64,000 bases of DNA from Monocercomonoides exilis PA203. Taxonomy: Eukaryota; Protista; Preaxostyla. Made by a program: the position numbers and the translations under genes. The notes under the pieces are model-generated. The model worked only from the letters and a program-made list of their open reading frames with translations, made no database searches and was not told the origin of the DNA. Each line of letters opens with the position of its first letter. Position 1 is the stretch's first letter. Shown piece after piece: positions 37,993-49,716 of this stretch. Location of the stretch: NCBI GenBank assembly GCA_001643675.2, contig LSRY02000008.1, positions 1,674,001 through 1,738,000 on the forward strand, read 5' to 3'.

Positions 37993-39621
37993 TTGCTTCA
38001 TTGCTACAAGAAGCAAGGGGAAGAAAGGGAAATGTTGAAGGAAGCGTTTCAGTTTGCGAATCACACTTTTCTTCTTTTTTTCAATTTTATCTCATCACAT
38101 TCCATATCTCTTGTTTCACTCTCCAAATTAACATCTTTTAACATCACAACAGCATCTACAGATTGTCCATCTCTAGCAACTATGTCAACCCTAACCACAT
38201 GTTTTATGAATAGCTGCTCATTCTCATCACTCTGCGATGCGTATGATGGAGGGATTGTCTCTTCCCTCAACAATCCCTTGGTCTCCTTGTCTGTTTCAAA
38301 CACTTCATTCACTGAGTGTTGTCGTACAAGAAACGTTGTATGTGAAGGAAATGCAGATGTCAAGTTGACTCCAGAGAGGCAAAATACAACAGACAATGGA
38401 GCAAATTCATTTATTTGGTGTGAATGGAACGGATCGAAGGCTAATGGAAGCAAAGATGATTATGCTGATGATGCTTCAAATGGTGGAGCAATTCGCATGT
38501 ACAATCTCAATTCTGGAGAACTTTTTGTTTCGCATTGTCTGTTTAATAATTGTTTAGCATACAGCCGTGGAGGTGGAATTATGTGTCATACAATCAAATC
38601 TGTGTATATCGAAAATAATGTGTTCAATGCTTGCACAGCACAAAACCATTACGGAGGAGGAATGTATGCTTATTCGATATTGGAATGTGTTCGGATTAGT
38701 GGGTGCGAATTTAAGAATTGCAAAGCATACAGCGAAGGTGGTGGTTTACGATTGTACAGTTTTAATGTTTCAGGAACAGGATGCATTCCAACAGAAAATG
38801 AAGGAGGAGAGAGTGCGTGTGTGTTTGATTGCAGTTTCACTTCATGCTCACTTTCTGGATCAAATGGTGGAGGCATGTGGATTTATAATTTTCCTGCTCA
38901 AGTCAAAATGAGGAGCGTTCAGTTTATCTCCTGTACAGCTTCGTCACAAGGTGGGGGAATGAGATTGGAGCCAAATCGAGCAACAGGGCCAGTTGATGGG
39001 TGCTATTGTTATTTCCTATTTTTTCATGAGTGCAAGTGCTCATCCAATCCTCCCAGTGGTCATGATATATTTTATGTTGATAAATACGATGTTTTCTTGA
39101 ATGAGGGGAATCCGTTTTGTGAAAGCTATTCCACCAACAGCGATGATAGAAGAGTGTGCTATGTGTATAACTACTCGAATGCAGGTGCCTGGACATATGA
39201 TCAAACATCAAAAAAGGATTGGCTGAAGGATAAGACGATCTATGTTTCTGTGAATGGAAATGATACATCTCCACTTTGCGGGGCAAATGAATCAAATCCG
39301 TGTCTAACAGTGAAGAAAGCGTTTGAGATGTGTGAGGTGCAGATTAGCTTGACAATCACACTGATGAAAGGGAATCACACAAGTGAGACAGCAACGATTG
39401 ATATTGGGGCAAAGAAGATTTCAGTCATTGGGAAAGGGAGGACGGAGAGTTCGATTGGAACAGGGGAACTTTCATCATCATCAGCAGTAGGAACGTTGTT
39501 CAGTGTGACGACAGGTCATCTGGGAATGAGTCATTTGAAAGTTGATTGTAACTCAAATGCAAATCCTTCTTCACCGAGTGTTATTGTTGTATTTTATGAA
39601 AGTGAAAATATTTGCACTTGA
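37993..39621 (+). CDS. Beta-helix family copy 7; 5' frameshifted, 3'-truncated
   Basis: 542-aa ORF. The SVSVCESHFSS motif lies in another frame (37899..38141). Ends PSVIVVFYESENICT*, the same position as copy 2. Confidence 0.75.
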   Translation: MLHCYKKQGEEREMLKEAFQFANHTFLLFFNFISSHSISLVSLSKLTSFNITTASTDCPSLATMSTLTTCFMNSCSFSSLCDAYDGGIVSSLNNPLVSLSVSNTSFTECCRTRNVVCEGNADVKLTPERQNTTDNGANSFIWCEWNGSKANGSKDDYADDASNGGAIRMYNLNSGELFVSHCLFNNCLAYSRGGGIMCHTIKSVYIENNVFNACTAQNHYGGGMYAYSILECVRISGCEFKNCKAYSEGGGLRLYSFNVSGTGCIPTENEGGESACVFDCSFTSCSLSGSNGGGMWIYNFPAQVKMRSVQFISCTASSQGGGMRLEPNRATGPVDGCYCYFLFFHECKCSSNPPSGHDIFYVDKYDVFLNEGNPFCESYSTNSDDRRVCYVYNYSNAGAWTYDQTSKKDWLKDKTIYVSVNGNDTSPLCGANESNPCLTVKKAFEMCEVQISLTITLMKGNHTSETATIDIGAKKISVIGKGRTESSIGTGELSSSSAVGTLFSVTTGHLGMSHLKVDCNSNANPSSPSVIVVFYESENICT

Positions 39622-41989
39622 GTTTTGAATCAAGTTAGTCAAATGAGAAATAGAGTAAAATATTAAATTAAAAAATTAACATATTAATTACAAAAAAGAT
39701 TTGATTTGCAAAATACTTTCATTTTAAAAATTTAGAGTTTTGTTTTCAAATGCATATTGTTTTCATTTCATTATAATTTTTATGGATTTTTCTGTTTGAT
39801 AGAAAAAAGAAATAATTTTTCAAAAATTCAAATATTTATTATTTTTAAGAATAAATGAAAAAGGAAGGAAAGAAGAAAAACCTCTTCAGTGCCATTTTTT
39901 TGAGTTCGAGAAAAGAGAAAAGATTGTTGAAAAAGAAATATCCCAAGTTATTCTTTTTCATGAAATGTTTGTTATCTTGTGAATATTACACATAGGCATG
40001 TGATTGGAATTCTTTGTCAAATAATCTTTTTCACCTTCAACAGAATAATCTCATTTCTTGTGTTTTTGTTTAAATCGTTATCTTTTTAACTCATTTGTTT
40101 GTTTGTTTTATTGAATTTTCAAATATGATCTTTCATTTCTTTTTTCATCAAAGAAGAGATATTTGAAAAAAATTATTCCTGTTTTCAATGGGAAAAAATA
40201 AAGTTATAAAATTGTTTCTTGTTTCTTAAATTTTTTTTAACATGTGAATTCAAAGAAGGACGAAAAAAAATAACGGATGAATTTAAAGACAGAACGAAAA
40301 TTTTCAATATTATCAGAATTTTGATTAATATTTCAGACTTTATGACATATTATTGTTTTGTTCAAAAAAAACATGCACATTCCGAGTTTTCTTTTTCTTT
40401 TCTTTTTATTCAAACATCAATTGAATTGTGTTCATGAAAAAATAACTTTTTCTAAAAACAATCAAAAAATAGTAATGATGCGGATTCATTTGAATGAAGC
40501 TGTTTTTGTTGAATAACAATCCAGCATGAGAATTGTGGTTTCAAAAATAATCACCCAAAAAATCTGGCTGAATCTTTCATTGAGTTGAAAATGTTTTCTG
40601 TGATTTGTTTGTGATTATTTGAAGGGATTGAGTGTTTTTGCTTTTTCACTTCTTTTCGAACACTCAACTGAAACGCAAGGGCTCAATCAAAATAAAACGA
40701 TTAAATTGGGGAAAGCATTCAAATGAGAATATTTATAATTGTTTTTTAAATCAAAACATTTTTCGGAGAATGTGTCATTTTCTGATTCGCAGTTATTTGC
40801 AAAAGAATTTTAACAAAAGTGTCACATGTTTTCAAATTATTGTTTTCCAAACACACATTGTCATTGAAAGACAGAAAAGATCATTCAAGATTTTTATTGA
40901 AATAATGGATTGATTTCAAAGAATTTGTGACAAATTGTTGATTCCAAAATATTGATAGGAAAAATGTGAAATCAAAAAGAATCACCCACACTCCAATAAA
41001 AAAGAAAAATCGATCTGATTGGTATGACTTTTTCTTTTGAATAACAAATGTGTGAATGTGTGTTGAGTCCTTCAAAGGAAATCTTCATTTTCTGTGAAAC
41101 AATCATTTTTGTGAAACCACAAATATTTCCAGACATCAATTCAGGTGCAAAACAAATATCCGACTTCATTTAGAATGTTGATTTTCAAGCATTTTTTTTC
41201 ACAATTCATCATAACTTCTCTTCTCCAAATAAACTCAACATTCTGGCTGGAAATCATGAATAAATTTCTTTTTCATGTTTGTTATGAAATACAAGAATTT
41301 TGATGAAATATTGTTTGGAAACAAGGAATATGTGTTTTTCAAACAATTTTTATTTTAAGTGTTTTTTTTAAAAACTATAAATTTTATTCACTATTCGTAT
41401 TTTTTATAAAAAGTGATTGAAGTTCCATCCTTTATCTCATATTTCTTTCTGTCATTCATTCTCCATGTCATTGACCGAACTGAAATAATGTTTCAACCTT
41501 GAAGAGATAATACTACTGAACTCGACGGAGTACAAAATTTCAATTTCTTTTGGATATTAAAAAGGAAATGTGTTCTCAGTTCAATAAATCACTAAAATCA
41601 TATTAAGTATTTTTGTAAAATAAAATTCAGTTTATTAAATTTTTTGTTCTTATTAAAGAATTTTTTTTCTGAATCACTGTTATTCTTTCAAATCAAAAAA
41701 TGAAAAATATGATTTTTTTTGTTCAAATCAACAAGATATTTAGACAAAGAGTTTTTGATATCACGGTTTGCGGATTCACTGTCATTTTTTCCAAATTCCT
41801 TGAGATGAAATTTATTTCGTATTTTTCAATTTTTTTCTCCCAAAAAAGAAACCAATCAAAACTCGCCTTTTGCAACCGAACAACAGTCAACAATAATTTA
41901 TTATCTTTATTATTTTGTTGAATTCAAGTGTATAGATTTATTTTTGTTTAATTGATCGAAATATAAGTTGGAATGTGATTTTGTGAGAA

Positions 41990-42980
41990 CAAAACTTATT
42001 TTTTTTCTCCAGAAACACCGAATACTTCTTGAGCAACGATGTGACATCGCGAGCAGAATGGAGAGGCTTGCCAGGTGCTTCATTACCGAAAATGACATGT
42101 CTTTTTTGGAACGAACAATGAACAGTTTTGCATCGAAATCACTAACTTTCCTCATTCTGTTTGTTCCAGCAGTTGTTCCACAGAAAGACACTCGCAGTTA
42201 CTGGGCACCCACCAACAGAGTCTGGCGCACGAGCAGCTTCACGGAATCTTTCCAATTTGTATTTTGGATGAAAGGAGGGGAAACGACAAGAAACGAGATG
42301 TTATCACGAACATTCAAGATTGAGTGCGATTGTTCGAAATACTGGTTGCATATCTCTAAATATGAATTCTGCCACATGGATTTCATGCACTTTTTTTTTG
42401 GACAACAACCGATGCTGTATTTGAATTTATTTTTTTTTTTACAAAACAATGCAGAACCGAATCTCTCACAAATCATGTGGAGTGAGAATACTCGGAGCAT
42501 TGCTACATGATCAAGCGTATATCCGATATTTTCTCTTCGATGTCTTTGCCGACTTGAGCCGATGACGATTTTTTGGTTGCTTGTCGCAATTTCTCCGTTG
42601 ATTTGAACAGAGCAATTTGTTTGCCCTCACATATGAGCGAAATGCAATAATTCGTATCATGGATTGAGCTGATGAAGCTTTTCGCAAGCATTTTTGCAGA
42701 TTGAGTCTTGATGATTTTTCACTGATCCTTTTGAGTAATTCTCCGTTCCCTCCAAAGAAGCGTTGTTGGAGCCTCAGAACATGATTTTCGGCCAAGCATA
42801 TTATTGTTGTACCACAAATAAATTCTGCATATTTCTTCACCACATTCATTGCTCAACCACCTATTTCAGCCTCAGTGGAGAAACTCTACCAAAGAAACGA
42901 TATGAAAAGACAACGAGACTGCCATTTGCCATTCAATCAATGATGAACATCCTTCCCCTGCCATCATTGGTTCTATTTGA
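41990..42980 (-). pseudogene. Fragmented coding-like region, possibly a decayed DDE transposase
   Basis: Broken ORFs with segments FSTEAEI..NVVKKYAEFICG, KSMWQ..RDNISFLV and LSVEQLLEQ, loosely like the C-terminal half of IS1634-type transposases. Unverified. Confidence 0.2.
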
Positions 42981-44518
42981 TTGCAGCATTTGTTGGAATA
43001 CGAAGCCATCTTCAACAACAACATCATCATTCTTCACTGATTCACACAAAAAAGTTCTTATAACGAAAATGAAATTATTTCTTCGTTGTTTGTTTCAATC
43101 ACATTTCAATGACAGATCAGAAGAAGGCGATTGAGGCAGAGAGATGAATGAAGAGCGTTATTCGCTAATTGCTTTCTTTATTGAGGAGGAAGCAGCCAAG
43201 CAATTTGGATGAAGAAATGAAGATGGGATGAAATATTCATTTGATATTTGCAATGGAAAAGGGAAAATGGGTGAAGAGACATTCAAATTGATGATGTTTG
43301 AAGGTTTGTTTGCTTGTTTTATTGATTAATCGATTTATTTATCTTTTTTTGATCAATTGATTTTTCATCAGAAAAGAGGGAAAAGAAGAAGAAAAGCACA
43401 ATTTTCACGATATTTCTTTTCAACATGGGTATCTTTTTTTTCAAAGGCAAGAAATGAATTCTTGATGAGGAATTGAGCGCCGATTTGTTGCATTGGGAAA
43501 GGAAGAGGTGCTTGTGTGTTTGTGTGTGTGTGTGTGTGGGTGTGTGTGGCCATCTGAGACAGCAAGGGGGATGAGCGGAGCAGAAGAAGGCTGTGTGCTT
43601 TGTCAGATAGAAGATGCGAATGATTTGAGATGCAACTGCGAAACAGGAGAAACATAAAGAGAGAAAGAGAGAAAGAGAGAAAAAGAGAGAAAAAGAAAGA
43701 AATTTGTCATTTTGAGAAGTGGCCAATTGGAAGAGATGAGGCTCAGCTGTTGTGCTGTCTGTTGGTGTTGGCATTGGAGTTGGTGTTGGTGTGGAAGAAG
43801 CACTTGCGAAATAATGACGAATTTATCTTCTGAGTGTGAGGATATCATCATTTGCTTCATCAATTTCGATGGTATTTAAATATTCTTATAATTTTTATTC
43901 TTTTTTTCTTTGATTATTTTCGAATTAGATTTTTTCTTTTTTCATTTTTGTCAAACAGATTTTTGTTTTTGGCTTTCGCCAACATTATTTGATCAACAGA
44001 TTGAATTTTATTATCACGCATGTTTATATTTTCAGCCAGCCGATGCATCGAATAGCCATTTGGAGCTGAAAAGCTTTCCTTGAAAATGGACAATCCTATT
44101 TCTCCATGACATTCAACATTATTTTCTTTTGTTTTCTCCTTTGTTTTGATTTTTTGTTTTTTCTCACACAGTATGTCGTTCAATCGACACGTGTTGTCCC
44201 AATCAATTTTCATCCAATAAAGAAAAAGTTAAAAAAAAAATATCATTGTTATTCACTTTAATTTGATAAAAGAACAATAATAAAAGATAACACAAGGAAA
44301 CAAAATGAAAGAAAAGGAAAAGAAAGAATAAAAAAATTGAGATGAGGATGAAGAAGAAGATGAGGAATAAAAAGAGGGATAAAAAGCTTTTTTTGAACAA
44401 ATAAAAATTATTGATGAAAAAGTTGGAAAGAACAAATGAATATTAAGCATATCCTTCGCAATTAGCAGTATCAACAAATGCTCTGAATCTGTCTTTCTGC
44501 TCCGAGTTCTTTGTTGTC

Positions 44519-46129
44519 TCAAATATCTGCTCGGAAAAAATAACAGGAGAAGGGATGTTGAAAATAAGATTTTTGTAGATTAATAGTTGACATGAAATGA
44601 GCTGAAGCTGTTGAATCACTTTTTCTCGAGGATAGTTGATAAATAGGGAGAAGAAAGAATGAGCAGAAAAAGATAAAGAAGAGAATGATGAAATATAAAA
44701 AATTTGTTTCTGTTCCAATCGAACGTGTTTCTCTTCTTTTCCCAATGACTGAAATCTTCTTTTCTCCAATCTCAATTGTTGTCACCTCGCTTGTGTGATC
44801 CCCTCCCATCAGCGTGACTGACAGGCTCACCTGGATCACGCTCTTTTCAACTGCAACACCAATGGTTCGGCATGCACTTGACTCATCCAGTCCACACAAC
44901 TCTTCTTCACCGCCACCACTCACAGCCACAAATCGGTTGAGAATCCCTCTCTTCAGCCAATCCCACTTTTCTGTGTGCTGATATGTCCAACCCTTGGAAT
45001 CCGTATAATCATGTCCATAGCACACCCTCTGGTCATCTGTGTTTGTGGTGTAACATTCATAGAACGGATTATTCGAAGATAAGAAAACATTATATCGATC
45101 ATAATATACCATATCATGACCATATGGCGTATCTGCAGAGCATTTGCATTCATGAAAGAACAAAAAATAACAATAAATCACGTCATTTTGTGATGCTTGT
45201 CTGTATGGATACAGCTCCAATCCACCTCCATGTGCCGATGCTGAACATGAAATAAACTGAATGCTCCTCATTTTGAATTGCGTGATTGGAATATTTGCAC
45301 AATACATGCCTCCACCGTAGTAATTTGTCACCGAGCATGAAGTGAAACTGCAGTCAAACACACATGCACTCTCCCCTCCTTCATTCTCATCTCCAATGCA
45401 TCTTGTTCCTGAAACATTAAAATTATCAAGATCAATACCTCCTCCATTATAATTTGCTTTACAACTTTGAAATTCACATCCGCTGATTCGTACACATGTT
45501 GAAATCCCATTCACATATAATCCTCCTCCGTAATGGTTTTGTGCTGTGCAAGCATTGAACATGTTATTTTCGATACGCACAGTCTTGATTGTGTTGCACA
45601 TAATTCCACCTCCACGGCTGTATGCAAAGCAATTATTAAACAGACAATGTGAAACAGAGAGCTCTCCAGAATTGAGATTGTACATGCAGATAGCCCCGCC
45701 ACTCGATATTCCATCTGAAACAGAATCGCTTTCTCCTGTTGTCTTCGATCCACTCCACTCACACCACGTGAATGTATTCGGTCCATTGGCTGTTATGTTC
45801 TGTCTTTCTGGTTGTTTCTTATTAGTTTCAGTTCCATTGCATTCAACATTTCTTGTTCTGCAACACCCAACAAACGAGGTGTTTGAGGCTGTCAAAGAGG
45901 CATAGGGGTTGTTGAGGGAAGGAACAATCCCGCCATCATATGTGTCGCTAACTGATGAAAATGAACAACTATTCATTAGATATGAGGTTTGGGATGATGT
46001 AGTCGTTGAAGGTGAGCATGCTTCATTTGCTGTTGAAATATTGAAAAATGTGAGTTTGGAGAGTGAAACAAGAGGGATTGAAGGTGATGAGAGGAATGGG
46101 GTTGAAGATTGGACAAGAAATTCTCTCAC
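44519..46129 (-). CDS. Beta-helix family copy 8; 3'-truncated after SIGT
   Basis: 536-aa ORF with the KRGILNRFVAVSGG module. Tail after RSIGTET is low-complexity, non-family sequence. Confidence 0.75.
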   Translation of the reverse strand: MREFLVQSSTPFLSSPSIPLVSLSKLTFFNISTANEACSPSTTTSSQTSYLMNSCSFSSVSDTYDGGIVPSLNNPYASLTASNTSFVGCCRTRNVECNGTETNKKQPERQNITANGPNTFTWCEWSGSKTTGESDSVSDGISSGGAICMYNLNSGELSVSHCLFNNCFAYSRGGGIMCNTIKTVRIENNMFNACTAQNHYGGGLYVNGISTCVRISGCEFQSCKANYNGGGIDLDNFNVSGTRCIGDENEGGESACVFDCSFTSCSVTNYYGGGMYCANIPITQFKMRSIQFISCSASAHGGGLELYPYRQASQNDVIYCYFLFFHECKCSADTPYGHDMVYYDRYNVFLSSNNPFYECYTTNTDDQRVCYGHDYTDSKGWTYQHTEKWDWLKRGILNRFVAVSGGGEEELCGLDESSACRTIGVAVEKSVIQVSLSVTLMGGDHTSEVTTIEIGEKKISVIGKRRETRSIGTETNFLYFIILFFIFFCSFFLLPIYQLSSRKSDSTASAHFMSTINLQKSYFQHPFSCYFFRADI

Positions 46130-49100
46130 AGAAATTTCTTTCCTTCAACGTTTCCTTCTCTTCCCCTTCATTCAGAAAAATTTTGCAAAATATCCCAATA
46201 AGTTTCAGTATCTTTTTTTGTCTTCGCTCGCCTCTTCTGATAGGAATGTTTTCGCCTAAATCTTTTTTTTCCTTCTGTTTTCGTCTCCTGCCTTCTTTCT
46301 GTATTCCATTCACATTCATCCCTTTTGAATATTCATGCAAAAGTCCCTATTATCAATTAAAAAAAAAAGAAAAAAAATATTTAAAATGTAATACAAAATA
46401 TCACAAACCAGTACTATTTTCCTTTCGCAATCTGCTTCCTTTTCTTCATCTTCATATCCTTCTTGACTTCCTGTCACATTTCTTCTTCAGCCATTTCCTC
46501 AATTTTCCGATTATTCTTTTCTGTTGCTTCCCCTCCTTCTTTTTCAAATCGCTGCACAAATCTTCAAAGCCCTCCTCTTCCATTCATTTCATTGATTTCC
46601 TCCAGCTCATTCTTCGATATTCTCAAAAAAATTGTCATTGCCTGCTTTCTGAAAAGCATCAAATATGCTCTTTTCCCCATGTTCATTCGTTGCCTGAAAA
46701 TGTCCTTCCATAAATCTTAATCCCTCAAAAAAAAAAAATAAAATGTTTGAAAAATTGGAGGAAAAAAATAATACAAAACACACTCTAAAAATATATTTAT
46801 TGCCAATCTTCACACACTTTCTTCTTCTTCTTCGAATGCCTCTCAAAATATTGTTCTTTTCTGCCAACAAAACTCGCCTTTTTTGCTTCCCTTGTATGTT
46901 TCATTGCCAATGAAAGTGATTCTGTTCTGCTTCCAAAAACTTGCTTCATTTCCAATTCTCGGCACTGATTCCGCTCGAATAACACACAAATAATAAAAAT
47001 GCTTCAATATAATTTTAATGAAGATGAAGAAGATAATGACAGCGGTGATGGCGATGATAGAGATGAAGATGATAAAGTTGGTGAATGCGATGTTATTGTC
47101 AAGTTTGAATACTATGTGTCTTCTGTCAGAAGATATTCTCAGCATCGCAACCTCGTTCTCTGCTCTTGTGGATAACCCTTCGATAACACAATGCAAAAGG
47201 CGACAGCAAAATGATTCAAAGTCCATTTTTCCTGTAATTTGCCTCCAGCTGCCTGTATTACGCCAAACTGTCTGTTTTTCTCGTTTTTTCGCCTCTCAAG
47301 CCAAGCAATGAATTCCAGTTCCATCGCTCCCCCCAGTGCGTAAAATCAATGTCTTGTCCTTCTTCTCCAAAGAAAGGCTCCTTGTTCTGTCCAAACTGAT
47401 TTCAATCTCCTGTTTCAGTTATTTGCCCCAATCTTTCCAACAAACTTAAAAATGAAAATGTCCTCTTCCTCTTTTTAAAAAAACGCTCCCTTTTCATAGA
47501 GATTGGTTGTTCTTCCTTTTTGCCTTGGACATCTTTCGACCCCGTTGATTTCTGCTCCATTAAATTTCATTTTTCATCGCATTTCTATCCATCGCGCATG
47601 TTGAGTCCAAAATAAGTCACATAAACATTTATGATAAAATACATTCAGGCTCTAGTAATATATTTGTAACATAATGTTTGTCTCGCTTCCTCGCTGTTCT
47701 CCTCTGCATGGAATAAATCGTCCATTTTATATAATTTGTCTGAATCACGACTTTGGAGAGGATACGGATGGAAATATCTTCACAACAAATAGAACAATAA
47801 AAATTACATACATCAAAAATTCTTCATTTCCATCGAAAATATTGTTGTTACACAGCCATCCAGCAATCAATATGAACAATTTCATCTTCCATTAAACAGA
47901 TATCGCTTTTGTAATACTCAACCTTTTCACTGGAAATATATCATTTAGTCAATCTGTCTTTGTTTTAGCTTCGGAATCTGACCCCGTTGACAGTTTCTGA
48001 GCATTAAGCATTTCTTGATCATTTTCCATAACGAATAAGAGTCTCAAAAGAAAAGGAGCACAACTCGATGTGTCGTGGCTGAATGGGCATATGAAGACAA
48101 TGCGATAACAAAAGGATGGATTTGTGGTATGGGGTGAAGGAGTTGAGTTCTTGGAGGAAACAGGGTTTTGAGAGGGAAAGGAGCGACAAAAGGATGTTTT
48201 TTGTGGAAAAGAGGTGTTTTTGCGAGATTTCAGATGCAAAACGGATGTGCGGGAGATGGATTTGGATGGGATTTTGAGGGGTTGTTTTTTCGATTTTTAT
48301 CATTGGGAAGGTGTTGAGGCAGTGTTTATTATTTGAGAAAAGGAATTTGTTGTTGAGGAGGTGGGATAAGAGGGAAAACAAGAAAGGTGGAGTGAATGGA
48401 ATATATTTATTGGAGAGGAGGATAAGAGATGGAGAGATATGGAAAAGGGATATTTTTTTTTTTCAAATGCAGGGAGAGAGAGGAGGGAGGCATATGAGGC
48501 GGAACAAAGAGAAGAGATTTTGTGGGCTTATGTTTGATAAGAAGGAAAAGTGGGATTGAAGAAAAAAAAGTGAAGAAAAATATTCTTCAAATTTTTATAT
48601 TATTTATTTTGTGAACCGTTTGGCCGCGCCTCTCATTTGCAGGGCAAGTGTTGGAGGCAGAGGTGGAGAAAGACAGGAAGAAGGAACATCAGCGCTGGCA
48701 CTTTGCATTGGAGGTGTGGAGACAGAGGAAGATGAAGGGCTGACAATGAGAGAGTATTTTGCAATGGAAAGAGACAGAAAAAGGATGGAGGTATTTTTTT
48801 TTTTTTTTTTTTTTTTGGTTGGAAGAAGGGCATGGGAGATGAGGAGACAGGGATTGTGATATTTGGCGTGGTGGTATTATTGTTGTTTTGGGGGGAAATG
48901 GAGAGAAGAAGAAGAAGATTTGGGCAAGGGATGGGAAGAGATTCTTTGGATAGAATCTTCTTCTTTGCCAGTTTTTTTAAAAGAATGGAATTTGTGGAGG
49001 TAATTTGAGAGGAAGCAGAACAGAAGATTGAGCTTTTGTTAATATTTTAAAAAGAAGAAGAAAGAAAAAGCCAGCGAAAGGCGGTCATTGTGAAAGATAT

Positions 49101-49716
49101 AGGTTTGGATATTTTTAATTATAATTTTTCATATATTATTTTTTTATGAAACTAGGATTTTTGCAAGAATGTTCAACGAAAACGAATGAACAAGGAGTAT
49201 GGAAAGAGGGGATATTGGATGCATATAAAGAAATCTGGAGATAATAATTGGAAGGCGTTTGGTGGAGTGAGCTGGCGCAAAATATAAATGAAAGGAAAAG
49301 AGAAGAAGATATATTTTTATTTGAAGGTTTTGGAAGACATATATAATGAATCTTAACGAAAGCGAAAAATGAGATCAAGGAATTGATGATATGACAGAAG
49401 AAGAAATTTGAGAAAATTTGAGAAGAAGAAGCGGAAGATGGTGAAAAGAAAATGGTACGGGGCTTTTCATATCTATTATTGGAATTTTTTTTTAACAATT
49501 TTATATTTTTGTATATTTTTAAATTTTTGTTTTATTAAATATATTTTTTAAATGATAGCAGGAGCTTTTGCGTGAATATTCAAAATGAATGGATGCGAAT
49601 GGAACAAGGTTAGGAGCGAAAGATGGAAACAAAAGGAAAAGGAATACCGGGAAAGCAGACGATGAAGAAGGGGCAGAAGAGATAGGAAAAGGGATACGGC
49701 CACATTAGGATATTTT

